Below are positions 18,788-28,270 of a stretch of DNA of 64,000 nucleotides, piece by piece (within the stretch, counting starts at the first letter, position 1; each line of letters opens with the position of its first letter). The notes under the pieces are model-generated. The model was given only the letters and a program-made list of their open reading frames with translations. It made no database searches and was not told the origin of the DNA. Made by a program: the position numbers and the translations under genes. Source of the stretch: Candidatus Saganbacteria bacterium (GTDB taxonomy: Bacteria; Margulisbacteria; WOR-1; XYC2-FULL-46-14; XYC2-FULL-37-10); the NCBI GenBank assembly GCA_016223245.1, contig JACRPL010000006.1, positions 21,417-85,416 on the forward strand, given 5' to 3'.

Positions 18788-21700
18788 ATGGCAGAAGTAT
18801 CACTAGACCCAATAACACATCAAAAGTCACCAAAGCCTGTTGTTTCGGGGCCAACGCCTGCATCGTCACAACCAGGAAGGGTAAAACAACCTCCTGCTCC
18901 AACGACAGCTCCGGCCCATGAATCCGCAAAAACATTAAAAGCTCGTCAAGCTCAACTCGACATTGAATCTGTTTCTGCTGATGAACAGGCTTTTATCACT
19001 TTGCTTGGGATAACAAAAGTGGAATTTCGGGAAATAAAAGCGATATGCAATCTTAAACAAACGGATAGGTTAACTTTTCTGCTTTCGAAAGTTAAGGGGG
19101 CAAAAAGCGGGTCTGCGGCTGTAAAAAAAGCCAAACAAAATATCAAAAAATACGAACAATGTCAAAAATATAAAGAAGCGATCCTTTCCACATTAAAGGT
19201 CCAACAGCCGGAACTATTCAAAACCTTTGAAAGCTATCAAAATAAGATTTTGGCCCGAGCATTTGCGGAAACCTTAGCCCTTTTTAGGGATGAACGAGTA
19301 TTTAAGGAATATTATGAAATATTGAACAAATATCACATAATAGATCCCTTGGCAATTGGCAGAAAAGATATAGGTAAAATGACGATTTACGAAGAGACAA
19401 TCTTTTTTCAGAGAACAGAAACAATGAGAGGATATTCGATCTCAAATATGTATTTTGAAGAAGCCCAGAGATATTTGAACATTCAAGAACAGATCCGGGC
19501 CAAAACAAATAAATATTTCTTGCAAATAATAAAGTCAAATAAATTTGGGAAAAAATTGGCCGCTATCCATAATAGAGAAACAGAAGCTATGGCGCAATTA
19601 TGGCCAAAAGATGATCTTAACCTTGAATTGACTGGACTGACAAATAAAGCCCAAAGCCTAATAAATAAATACCGTAAAATAGCTAAAGAGCTTGAAGCCG
19701 CGATCAAAACGCCGGATATTAAAGACGATGAAATGGCCAAAGCGAAATTGTCGGGGATCATCGATGAATTGCTGGCGGAAATTGGAATTGAATATAAGGC
19801 TGCTTATGTTGAAACCCCCTCAAATCCAGAAAAACAGGCTTTAAAATCATTGCTCCATATCACCGCACAATTGAAGATATTGGATAAAAAGATAATATAT
19901 TATGCCAGATTAAGCAATCCCGCCCTATCGCAGAATGAAAGGGATCTGATCGAACAGGTTAAAGGTCTATCCGAGAAAGGGATATTATTTTCGAAAGCGC
20001 CTACTGAAGCCGGAGCTTTCAAAAAATATACTTTGGCTGCATGGCTTGCGACCTATCCAAAAGAAGTACAACTTATTCTGGAAATATATGTCCGATCAAC
20101 GAAAGATTTCTTAAGGCAGATTAAAGATAATATGCCTTTGATAGGTACGGGAAAGGATAAAAGTGAGGCATTGTATTTTACCTTGCTGGCTTCGGGATTT
20201 TCCGAAAAAGAATTATTGGCGTTCGATGCCATGGCGGCGCTTGAAAGCCTCGCTGATGACGACAAGAAGGTTTTAATAGGAACAAATGAAGGGCAAATAG
20301 GAAATTGTTTAAAAGAGCTTAAGAAAACATATGATCTAATGTTATCCAGCAAGTATATAACATTAAGTCCTAAAGAAAGAGCCGCTATAAATGCTAAATA
20401 TTGTCAATTAACAAGCCTTTTATTTGGGCTTGTCGGCTCTTATCAGCGAGCAAGTTATCTGATGGAAATATCTGTTTATATGCGCAAAACCGGTGTTCAT
20501 ATTCCCGGAAAAACCCATGAGATTGAAAATTCTCCAGAAACACACGATGACCTTATTTATCACCAAGGCTTGTTGAGATTCATTAAGGCTTCTGCCGAAC
20601 AATTTGGCGTTGACCCATGGAATCTTATTGCCACTCATTTAACCGTCAGGAAAATTACCGGCGAGCCGATCGACCAAAAATATGTGGATGAGATATTGAA
20701 ACATTCATCTTTGCAAGGTTTGATCGATTTAGACGGCCAATATAATTTAGACGAGCTTAAAAAGAAATTCATTTCAGCTTTTGTTTATAAAGGGCTGGAA
20801 TCATCTTTAGCCATCCAAACTAATTATGAGGCATCGAAAGCTAAAATATTCGCATGGCTGCAAAAATATGTAGGACAAATAAGATCGGAAATATCAAAGG
20901 ATCCTCGATATGCCGGGCTCAATGAAATGGAAAATAAGCTTAGGATACTGAACCAAATATTCAGGTTTTTGTTGGAAACAAAGGTAGTGTCAAACAACGA
21001 ATTGGATATTTTTATCAAGAAAAATCCTTATGCTGAGCTAAAGATCGGGTTGGAAATGCAAAACTTGAGATCGAAGGAGGTATTCTTTACTATGGGGTAT
21101 GAGAGTCTGCCAAAAGAGGTAAAGGATGCGGTTGAAAAACACGGATTTACCGCTTTTTGCAAGGATTATGCAGCTCTCTTGGATATCTATTGGGTCCCTA
21201 ATGACAAGAAAACTTTATTTTTAGGATACACTTTTTTGGGGAAAGGCCCAATTGTCTTAACATATAAACAATCTAATTTTTTGAACAAAATAATTGACAT
21301 ATTAGTCCACGAATTAAGGCATAAAGCGGATAACGATGACTTTGAAAAATATTGCCTGGCAAACCCTAACTATAAAAAACCTTTTGATGATATCCCTATT
21401 ATGCTGACAGAACGAAATGCTGATATCCTTTCATTGGCTGTTTGTGAAGGCATCAAGCCAAGAACCTTGGCCTTAAAAAAGGAAATAGCAGAAATAAGGC
21501 GAAGAGTTGAAATATCCAATGTTTTGTTGGGGCTAAACCCGGGAGACAGGCAAATTTTAAAGCCGCCTTATAATGGGATAAAGATAGAAATGCAATCATT
21601 GTCGATCGCGCCATCGCAGATACCTTTAGAAGTGAAAGATCTTCATGCAATAAAATCAGTTTTAATTAATATGGGTTATACCGCCAAAGAACAGGGATTT

Positions 21701-21961
21701 TTGATAGATACTTGTGTTGCAGTCATTTCATCCGGTTGGATCGATCTTTCAACCCTAAATGTTCCCGGCCAAAGGAATATATTCATTGATTTTATTGAAA
21801 AATTGGTTGGGGATAAGCGAAGCAAAGGATATTATACAGATGAATTTGAGAGTCACTTAGCTCACTCGAAAAAAACAATAAATAGTAAAGTAAAAACCCC
21901 CATTGTTACATCTCAAGAGCTTAAACGGTTGATCTATAAGACGCTGCCTCTCGCCTTCTGA
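18788..21961 (+). CDS. Large hypothetical protein, 1057 aa, with a Pro/Ala-rich N-terminus, extensive Lys/Glu-rich helical regions and a single HExxH motif. Putative zincin-like domain.
   Basis: A continuous ORF. No signal peptide. HELRH lies within ...IIDILVHELRHKADNDDFEKY at about residue 850. No other recognisable domain. Confidence 0.6.
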   Translation: MAEVSLDPITHQKSPKPVVSGPTPASSQPGRVKQPPAPTTAPAHESAKTLKARQAQLDIESVSADEQAFITLLGITKVEFREIKAICNLKQTDRLTFLLSKVKGAKSGSAAVKKAKQNIKKYEQCQKYKEAILSTLKVQQPELFKTFESYQNKILARAFAETLALFRDERVFKEYYEILNKYHIIDPLAIGRKDIGKMTIYEETIFFQRTETMRGYSISNMYFEEAQRYLNIQEQIRAKTNKYFLQIIKSNKFGKKLAAIHNRETEAMAQLWPKDDLNLELTGLTNKAQSLINKYRKIAKELEAAIKTPDIKDDEMAKAKLSGIIDELLAEIGIEYKAAYVETPSNPEKQALKSLLHITAQLKILDKKIIYYARLSNPALSQNERDLIEQVKGLSEKGILFSKAPTEAGAFKKYTLAAWLATYPKEVQLILEIYVRSTKDFLRQIKDNMPLIGTGKDKSEALYFTLLASGFSEKELLAFDAMAALESLADDDKKVLIGTNEGQIGNCLKELKKTYDLMLSSKYITLSPKERAAINAKYCQLTSLLFGLVGSYQRASYLMEISVYMRKTGVHIPGKTHEIENSPETHDDLIYHQGLLRFIKASAEQFGVDPWNLIATHLTVRKITGEPIDQKYVDEILKHSSLQGLIDLDGQYNLDELKKKFISAFVYKGLESSLAIQTNYEASKAKIFAWLQKYVGQIRSEISKDPRYAGLNEMENKLRILNQIFRFLLETKVVSNNELDIFIKKNPYAELKIGLEMQNLRSKEVFFTMGYESLPKEVKDAVEKHGFTAFCKDYAALLDIYWVPNDKKTLFLGYTFLGKGPIVLTYKQSNFLNKIIDILVHELRHKADNDDFEKYCLANPNYKKPFDDIPIMLTERNADILSLAVCEGIKPRTLALKKEIAEIRRRVEISNVLLGLNPGDRQILKPPYNGIKIEMQSLSIAPSQIPLEVKDLHAIKSVLINMGYTAKEQGFLIDTCVAVISSGWIDLSTLNVPGQRNIFIDFIEKLVGDKRSKGYYTDEFESHLAHSKKTINSKVKTPIVTSQELKRLIYKTLPLAF

Positions 21962-22947
21962 TGCTCTTTCCATGAAGAAGAAAATATATGCGAGCCGTCT
22001 TTACGTGCTACAAAATATATATAATTCGTGTTCGCGGGATAAATAGCCGCCTTAAATGACGCAAGCCCCGGATTGCATATCGGCGTTGGAGTTAGCCCCA
22101 TGTTTTTATAGGTATTATACGGCGATCGGATTTGGAGCTGTTTTAAATATACATGCTTTGTCGGATTTTCTAATATATATTTGATCGTAGGATCTGAAGC
22201 CAACGGCATTTTCATCTTCATTCTATTATAAAAAACAGATGAGATGATTGGCCTCTCTGCATCAAGTCTTGCTTCTTTTTCAATAATTGACGCTAGGATC
22301 AAAGTGTTGTAGAAGGAAAACGTACTGTTCTTTCCATTTTCTTTCCAGTAAAACCAGAGCATTACATTAAAACGTTTAAGCATCATATTGGCAAGGACTT
22401 CGGTTGAAGTTGTTTTTTCTATTATGTAAGTATCCGGGAATAAATAGCCTTCGAAAGAATAGCTATTATTGGCTTTTAGAAAATCATATTTTAGAGCTAG
22501 TGATAAAGATAAAGGCGTGTTGGTAAGCTTTCTGAATTCTTCGAAGTGAAGAAATCCGGTCTTTTGAAGGATGCTTCCCATTTTATAGATCGAAGTCCCT
22601 TCAGGAAATGTAACCTTAATTGGATTGGGCGAGTTAGTGTCGCCGCGCCTTAGTTTTATCAGTGTTGAAACAAGCGTTCCATGAGGATTAAACGTGTATT
22701 CGCCTGATTGTATCTTGTTTTGCATATTGAGCGAGAATGCCGCAAGCTTAAAAAATAAGCTATTTTCAATAACCTTATTGGATGCAAGCATATTCGCTAT
22801 CTCATTTGCGCTTGTCCCCTGGTTTATGGATATCGAGACCAGTAGATCGTTCTTGCCGGTTTGGATAAAGATGGAAAAAAAAGACAGAATAACAAGTATC
22901 AATAATAATATTGGCAAAAGAACGAGTATTTTTTTCATTTCCTGCAT
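21934..22947 (-). CDS. mltG: Endolytic murein transglycosylase MltG (YceG-like).
   Basis: N-terminal TM helix plus a YceG-like domain (...SGEYTF...TFPEGTSIYKMGSIL...). Sits immediately downstream of ruvX. Confidence 0.75.
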   Translation of the reverse strand: MQEMKKILVLLPILLLILVILSFFSIFIQTGKNDLLVSISINQGTSANEIANMLASNKVIENSLFFKLAAFSLNMQNKIQSGEYTFNPHGTLVSTLIKLRRGDTNSPNPIKVTFPEGTSIYKMGSILQKTGFLHFEEFRKLTNTPLSLSLALKYDFLKANNSYSFEGYLFPDTYIIEKTTSTEVLANMMLKRFNVMLWFYWKENGKNSTFSFYNTLILASIIEKEARLDAERPIISSVFYNRMKMKMPLASDPTIKYILENPTKHVYLKQLQIRSPYNTYKNMGLTPTPICNPGLASFKAAIYPANTNYIYFVARKDGSHIFSSSWKEHQKARGSVL

Positions 22948-23330
22948 TCCATATAATTCTGCAAAATAAGCGCCGCGGCCGTCTTATCAATAAACTTGCG
23001 CCTTTTTTTCTCGGAAACACCAGCTTCGTCAAACATCCTATTGGCTTGAGATGAAGTCAACCTTTCATCCCATGTAACAATTGGAATAGTAACCGATTTT
23101 TTCAATTCTTCAATAAATTCCAACACTTTTTGGGCAGAGTGCCCTATCTCGCCTCTCATGGTTTTGGGAAGACCTACTACGATCTCGGATATGTCATCAT
23201 ATTGTTTGATCGTATTTTTAACTTCGTCAATATTTGAGACCACTGCTATTCCTTGAGCGGTTAACCCGAGAGGGTCGCTTATCGCAATGCCTATTCGAAC
23301 TTCACCGTAATCGATACCCATGGTCCTCAT
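22935..23330 (-). CDS. ruvX: Putative pre-16S rRNA nuclease / Holliday-junction resolvase-like YqgF.
   Basis: MGIDYGEVRIGIAISD RNase H-like motif. The start was moved to the internal Met (MRTMGIDYG), which abuts the alaS stop. Confidence 0.85.
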   Translation of the reverse strand: MRTMGIDYGEVRIGIAISDPLGLTAQGIAVVSNIDEVKNTIKQYDDISEIVVGLPKTMRGEIGHSAQKVLEFIEELKKSVTIPIVTWDERLTSSQANRMFDEAGVSEKKRRKFIDKTAAALILQNYMECRK

Positions 23331-25987
23331 ATTAATTCTATTGCCTTCTTCAGAGCTTCCTCGATCCTTGAAATATCGCGCCCACCCGCTTCGGCCTTGT
23401 TCGGCCGCCCGCCGCCGCCGCCGCCGCAAGTTTCGGCTAGTACTTTTGCAAGCTTGCCCGCATGATAGCCTTTTTTCACTAGATCATCCGTTACGATCAC
23501 CAAGAACGATATTTTATCGGATATTGTTGATGCAAGGATTATTATTCCCGATCTAAGCGAATCACGGAGTTTGTCGCCCATAATTCGCATATTATCAACC
23601 GGAACCTCTATTAACGATGCCTTAAGGACGACGATATCTTTTATCTTTTCAGTTTGTGATAGGAGAGAGTCGGCTTCTAATAAGGATTTTTTTGCTTCAA
23701 GATCGTCAATTTCTTTTTGGATGTTCTTGTTCCTCTCTCTTGCCCATTCAAGCCTTCCCTCAAGATGCTCAAGGAATTTGTTTACGCGGATCGAGTCTTT
23801 TTCATCAACTGCTTGGCCCAGGGTGTTTAATTCGGTGGGGTCAACTTCAAAAATGCCTTCATCAAGGAAAGCTCCGCCGCCAAGCAACTGCTTTTTTGCC
23901 TGAAGTATTGCGTGGTGGCGCATAAGATCATCGATCTGAATATGGAGATCTTTTGCCTTGTAAACTATGGCAGCTTTGGACAGATCTCCTGCAATTGCTT
24001 CAATTCTCCTTACTCCCGATTGTAAGGCTTCCTCTTTTATGATCTTGAAAAAAACGATATCTTTAGTATTATCAACATGACAGCCGCCGCAAAGCTCAAG
24101 GCTTAAATCGCCTATCTTTACTACCCTAACTTTGTCGCCATATTTTTCGGAAAATAAAGCCATCGCACCGAGTTTTTTTGCTTCATTGAGGTTTGTTTCA
24201 AATTTTTCGACTTTAATGGCCTTTTTAATATTCTCATTAACGATCCTCTCAACTTCAGCTGTTTCTTGTTTTGTCATCGCACGATTGAAGCTAAAATCGA
24301 AGCGCAAACGGTCAGGGCCAACGTACGATCCCGCTTGTTTTGCCATATCGCCCAAGGTTTTTCTCAAAGCCGCATGAAGCAGATGAGTTCCAGTGTGGTG
24401 GGCCATTATATTTTTTCTTTTACTTTCATCTACCTTGGCATGAACATGGTCCCCGATCTTTAAGCGATCTATATTATCGAGACGATGAAGGATCACTCCG
24501 CCAATTTCGCCGTATGTTCCAATAACAATGCTTTCGTTTATGATCCCGGTATCTCCAATTTGGCCTCCGCCCTCCGGATAAAATGGCGTCTTATCGAGAA
24601 TTACGATGTTCTCGTCAGGAATGATCTCCAATATCTTTGCGTCGGACTCAAGTTTGTCGTAACCCACAAAATTTGTTTTACCGTGTTTTTCTTCGAAAGT
24701 ATTCTTTAATCTTAAGATCGAATCCTCAAGTTTAAAGGCTCCTGCCCTTGCGCGTTCTCTTTGTTCTCCCATTAAATTTTCGAATTCAGCTTTGTTGATC
24801 GAATACCCTCTTTCAATCGCGAACTCTTCGGTTATTTCATATGGGAAGCCAAAAGTATCATGAAGTTTAAAAACATCGATTCCGGCAAGCTTTTTGTCGG
24901 TAGCATGCTTTGCAAATAGTTCTTCCAGTAATTTCATGCCTGATTCAAGTGTATTATTGAAACCGATCTCTTCAGATCTGATAGTCTCTTCGATTATTTT
25001 TGATTGGGTTGCAAGTTCAGGATAAGTTCCCTTTCCTTGTTCGATAACTGTCCTTGATAATTCCGATAAGAAGGGCATTTGCATCTTTAATTTTCTTCCG
25101 TTTAGTATCGCTCGCCTGATAATTCTTCGTAGAACATAGCCTCGCCCTTCATTTGACGGCAATACTGAATCGGAGATCAAATATGTCATCGCGCGCAAAT
25201 GGTCGGCAATTATTTTGCTGGAAGCGCTTCTATCGGGAAGTTTTTCAAAGATCGGAGTGAATAAATCCGTATCGAAATTATCTGTTTTTCCCTGCAGAAC
25301 TCTCGATATCCTCTCAAGCCCCATACCGGTATCAATATTCTTCTTTGGGAGAGGTTTTAACTCTCCGGCCTCGTTGCGATTATATTGAATGAACACAAGA
25401 TTCCATATCTCCAGGAATCTCTCGCAATCACAAGCAGGATTGCAGTCGGGCTTATCGCATTTGACGCCGGAGTCATAATATATTTCAGAACAAGGTCCAC
25501 AAGGACCTGTAGGCCCTGCTGACCAAAAATTGTTTTCCTCATCAAGCCTATAGATCTTTTCTTTGGGTATTCCTATTTTTTTATTCCAAATATCATAGGC
25601 TTCATCATCTTTTTCATAGATCGCGATGACGAGTTTTTCTTTTTCGATCTTGTAGGCTTCGGTTAAAAGCTCCCAAGCGTATGCTATCGCATCTTCTTTG
25701 AAATAATCGCCGAAAGAAAAATTCCCAAGCATCTCAAAGAATGTATGATGCCTGGTCGTCTTCCCGACATGTCCTATGTCGTTCATGCGTATGCATTTTT
25801 GTACGGTTGTAACGCGTTTATATTTTGGGGATTCGGTTCCCAAGAATATCGGCTTGAACGGAAGCATTCCCGCTAAAGTTAATAAAACTGTCGGGTCAGA
25901 CGGGATTAGCGAAGCGGAAGGCTGGCGCTTATGCCCCTTTTTCTCGAAGAATTCTAAGAATTGTTCTCTAATTTCAGAACTTTTCAT
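23327..25987 (-). CDS. alaS: Alanine--tRNA ligase.
   Basis: Class II core motifs, the editing-domain HxxxH...CGGCH zinc motif, and a C-terminal GGGGGGRP glycine motif. 886 aa. Confidence 0.95.
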   Translation of the reverse strand: MKSSEIREQFLEFFEKKGHKRQPSASLIPSDPTVLLTLAGMLPFKPIFLGTESPKYKRVTTVQKCIRMNDIGHVGKTTRHHTFFEMLGNFSFGDYFKEDAIAYAWELLTEAYKIEKEKLVIAIYEKDDEAYDIWNKKIGIPKEKIYRLDEENNFWSAGPTGPCGPCSEIYYDSGVKCDKPDCNPACDCERFLEIWNLVFIQYNRNEAGELKPLPKKNIDTGMGLERISRVLQGKTDNFDTDLFTPIFEKLPDRSASSKIIADHLRAMTYLISDSVLPSNEGRGYVLRRIIRRAILNGRKLKMQMPFLSELSRTVIEQGKGTYPELATQSKIIEETIRSEEIGFNNTLESGMKLLEELFAKHATDKKLAGIDVFKLHDTFGFPYEITEEFAIERGYSINKAEFENLMGEQRERARAGAFKLEDSILRLKNTFEEKHGKTNFVGYDKLESDAKILEIIPDENIVILDKTPFYPEGGGQIGDTGIINESIVIGTYGEIGGVILHRLDNIDRLKIGDHVHAKVDESKRKNIMAHHTGTHLLHAALRKTLGDMAKQAGSYVGPDRLRFDFSFNRAMTKQETAEVERIVNENIKKAIKVEKFETNLNEAKKLGAMALFSEKYGDKVRVVKIGDLSLELCGGCHVDNTKDIVFFKIIKEEALQSGVRRIEAIAGDLSKAAIVYKAKDLHIQIDDLMRHHAILQAKKQLLGGGAFLDEGIFEVDPTELNTLGQAVDEKDSIRVNKFLEHLEGRLEWARERNKNIQKEIDDLEAKKSLLEADSLLSQTEKIKDIVVLKASLIEVPVDNMRIMGDKLRDSLRSGIIILASTISDKISFLVIVTDDLVKKGYHAGKLAKVLAETCGGGGGGRPNKAEAGGRDISRIEEALKKAIELI

Positions 25988-26002
25988 AATTATTTACTTG
26001 AA

Positions 26003-26059
26003 CAAACTAACCTGCGAGTAAACCCTGCCTGCCGGTAGGCACGGCTCGCGGTTAGTTTG
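26003..26059. repeat. GC-rich palindromic repeat element, copy 1, intergenic between tmk and alaS.
   Basis: CAAACTAACC-TGCGAGTAAACCCTGCCTGCCGGTAGGCACGGCTCGC-GGTTAGTTTG: 10-bp terminal inverted repeats around a near-palindromic GC-rich core. It lies 16 bp upstream of the alaS start codon. Confidence 0.6.
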
Positions 26060-26078
26060 AATTTCATAACCACGGCGT

Positions 26079-26690
26079 TTAGCCGCTGGTAGAAAAATAT
26101 TTCTCAATCTCCTCCCTAATTCTATTTTGTACATCTTCAACCGGCATCGTACTATTAATGACCTTAACTCTTTTTTTATCGTTTTGGGCGATCTCCAAAT
26201 ATTTATCCCTGACCCTTTCATGAAAGGCGACGATCTCTTTTTCAAATCGGTCGATATTCCCTCTTTCTTTCGCCCTCTTGAGGCCAACTTCGACCGGAAC
26301 ATCGAGCAGGATAGTAATATCGGGAACTAGTCCGCGGCTCGCTACCCAATTTACATATCTTACCAAATCTTCTGGAAGGCCGCGGCCCCCCAATTGGTAT
26401 GCCAGAGTTGAATCCATATACCTATCGCAGATAATTGTTTTCTTTTTATCTAGCGCCGGTTTAATTATTTTTTCAACATGCTCTACCCTGTCTGCCGCGA
26501 AAAGGAAAATTTCCGACAGTATTTCCGGCTCTTTTTCCAATAAGATCTTTCTTAATTCCATTCCAAGCGATGTTCCGCCTGGTTCTTTGGTTATCACGAC
26601 ATCTTGGCCTTTAGATGCAAGGTATTTTGATAATAATTCGATCTGTGTTGTTTTTCCGCAGCCTTCCCCGCCTTCAAAAGAGATGAACAT
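26079..26690 (-). CDS. tmk: Thymidylate kinase.
   Basis: P-loop FISFEGGEGCGKTT, DRY-type motif and a LID region. 203 aa. Confidence 0.93.
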   Translation of the reverse strand: MFISFEGGEGCGKTTQIELLSKYLASKGQDVVITKEPGGTSLGMELRKILLEKEPEILSEIFLFAADRVEHVEKIIKPALDKKKTIICDRYMDSTLAYQLGGRGLPEDLVRYVNWVASRGLVPDITILLDVPVEVGLKRAKERGNIDRFEKEIVAFHERVRDKYLEIAQNDKKRVKVINSTMPVEDVQNRIREEIEKYFSTSG

Positions 26691-26698
26691 GTTCCCTC

Positions 26699-28258
26699 CT
26701 AGTTTATGCCGAAGTTGAAATTAAATTCATTCCTCATTACACGATATGCAAAAGTTATATTGAAGCAATGGATCCCGATGCGGACAAGATAATCGAATTC
26801 TCGGGGACTTAAATCCGGTAAATTATATAAAACGTTGATACCGTATTTGCTTCCATCATTTCCTGCCATAAATCCCGCATTTATTTGGTTTGAAGCTGTA
26901 AAGCGATACATTTCATAAGTAAACGGGCTTGTTCCTCTATTTAGGATGAAAGTCCTAAATCCCACACCGGTTGATAAGAATGGGGACCATGTCTTGTACA
27001 ATTCAAGGCCGCCAACGGTTTTTAGCCAACGGGTCCCGTTGCCGCCTTGCCTGCCGGCAGGCAGGTAGAAAGAATGGTCGTTATCCAAAATAACCTTTAT
27101 TATGCCGATTTGAAGGTCGAGAAGCGATGCCGAAACGCCAAGTTTTGCGTTTGAATAAGTTTGTGATGCCCCAGATGATTCTTCGGAAATAAACCCGAGA
27201 GAGAGAGATCCTGACATATCAAATTTATCATATGCCCATTTTTTAAGCGACAAAGATAAAAGCGGGAACTGGCTTACCCTTTCATAATTTATCCTTTCAT
27301 TTAATGCCATTTTGGACGAAAGCTCGAATTGTTTAACAGTATCAATGTTAAATAATTTTAGGGCGAACGGCCCATCGCTCTTTACTTCATTGCCAAAAAG
27401 ATAATTATGGGCAAATATGACAGAGATCGGGTCTTTCGAATCCCCGGATATTTTGAAATTTCCGCTGTTTTGGGCGTCTTTAATATAATTAAGGTCTAAT
27501 CCGGCCCCAAGATATTTCTTCGCAGCATAGTTTACCGCGATATTTCCGCTCAAGCTCCTGCTTACATGCCAAGGCAAGCTTTGGGAAATATAAGCTCCAT
27601 CAAGATCGTTTGATCCAAAAACCGGATAAGGCATTTGGTGGGCCAAACCTTTTTCTTCGGCTTTAAGGTCGTATATATAGACTGGTACCGGTGTCGTAGC
27701 TACGCCGTCCAGCCAAAACCTGGCCCAATAACAAATAAGCCATCCGTCCTTGGGATATAAAATAATATTATCGGCCTGAAAATGATAATGCGGTGTAAAT
27801 AGATCGCAAGTCGTGAATTCCGCATTTTTTAGGTCAATTTTGTCCTCGTCCATCTTAACTAGGTCTCCAGTCAGCGTAACATTTTTGTAGAGCAATTTTA
27901 CTTTATTTGCAGCACCGATCCTTGTGTTTAGATTGAAATCTAATACATCTCCCGAAAAATAAAGGCCTTGATATAGAAGTTTGAAGCCCGCATCCGTTTT
28001 AATATTCTTGTCCGCCGTAAAATATAAGAATTTTTCGCCAGATGCCTTGAGGTCTTTATATGTTACCTCGACTGATCCTATCGCTTCGACATATTTCCCG
28101 TCATCGGAATAATTGAGCGTTTGGGCGTTGATCGAGAGATCCTTGTCTTGGGCAAAGACTTGCGTTGATAATATAATAAGCAAAATGACCAATGACCAAT
28201 GACCAATGACCAACAAGGAATAGATTATAGAATAAATACATTGTTGGGATTTGGTCAT
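26699..28258 (-). CDS. LptD/OstA-like outer-membrane LPS-assembly protein.
   Basis: Signal peptide, then an OstA-like N-terminal domain (...LNYSDDGKYVEAIGSVEVTYKDLKASGEKFLYF...) and a beta-rich C-terminus. 519 aa is short for LptD. Confidence 0.55.
   Translation of the reverse strand: MTKSQQCIYSIIYSLLVIGHWSLVILLIILSTQVFAQDKDLSINAQTLNYSDDGKYVEAIGSVEVTYKDLKASGEKFLYFTADKNIKTDAGFKLLYQGLYFSGDVLDFNLNTRIGAANKVKLLYKNVTLTGDLVKMDEDKIDLKNAEFTTCDLFTPHYHFQADNIILYPKDGWLICYWARFWLDGVATTPVPVYIYDLKAEEKGLAHQMPYPVFGSNDLDGAYISQSLPWHVSRSLSGNIAVNYAAKKYLGAGLDLNYIKDAQNSGNFKISGDSKDPISVIFAHNYLFGNEVKSDGPFALKLFNIDTVKQFELSSKMALNERINYERVSQFPLLSLSLKKWAYDKFDMSGSLSLGFISEESSGASQTYSNAKLGVSASLLDLQIGIIKVILDNDHSFYLPAGRQGGNGTRWLKTVGGLELYKTWSPFLSTGVGFRTFILNRGTSPFTYEMYRFTASNQINAGFMAGNDGSKYGINVLYNLPDLSPREFDYLVRIGIHCFNITFAYRVMRNEFNFNFGIN
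27048..27063. repeat. Core palindrome TGCCTGCCGGCAGGCA, copy 3, in-frame within the lptD-like gene.
   Basis: A perfect 16-bp palindrome identical to the core of the element in mutS. It encodes LPAGR in ...FYLPAGRQGGNG.... Confidence 0.5.
28184..28211. repeat. AATGACC heptanucleotide tandem repeat, four copies, encoding the Trp-rich signal-peptide core of the lptD-like gene.
   Basis: Read directly from the sequence: aatgacc x4. On the minus strand it translates to LVIGHWSLVI. Its inverted copy TTGGTCATTGG lies at 28251-28261, spanning the start codon. Confidence 0.7.
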
Positions 28259-28270
28259 TGGGATTTACTG

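Noticed and set aside
22802-23032. Arg-rich 76-aa minus-strand ORF (22802..23032) and the MRRRRRR extension of the yqgF ORF.
   Set aside because: These are frame artefacts overlapping mltG and alaS. The real ruvX start is the internal MGIDYG Met abutting the alaS stop.
23401-23420. (GCC)n trinucleotide run, considered as an unstable simple-sequence repeat.
   Set aside because: It encodes the conserved C-terminal poly-Gly motif (GGGGGGRP) of AlaS, in-frame and in multiples of three. It is a normal feature of alaS.
25994-26302. The 102-aa minus-strand ORF overlapping tmk, which contains the palindromic element (REPCLPAGRV).
   Set aside because: It is out of frame with tmk, whose P-loop and LID motifs are unambiguous. 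The element here is intergenic (tmk stop at 26079, alaS start at 25987).
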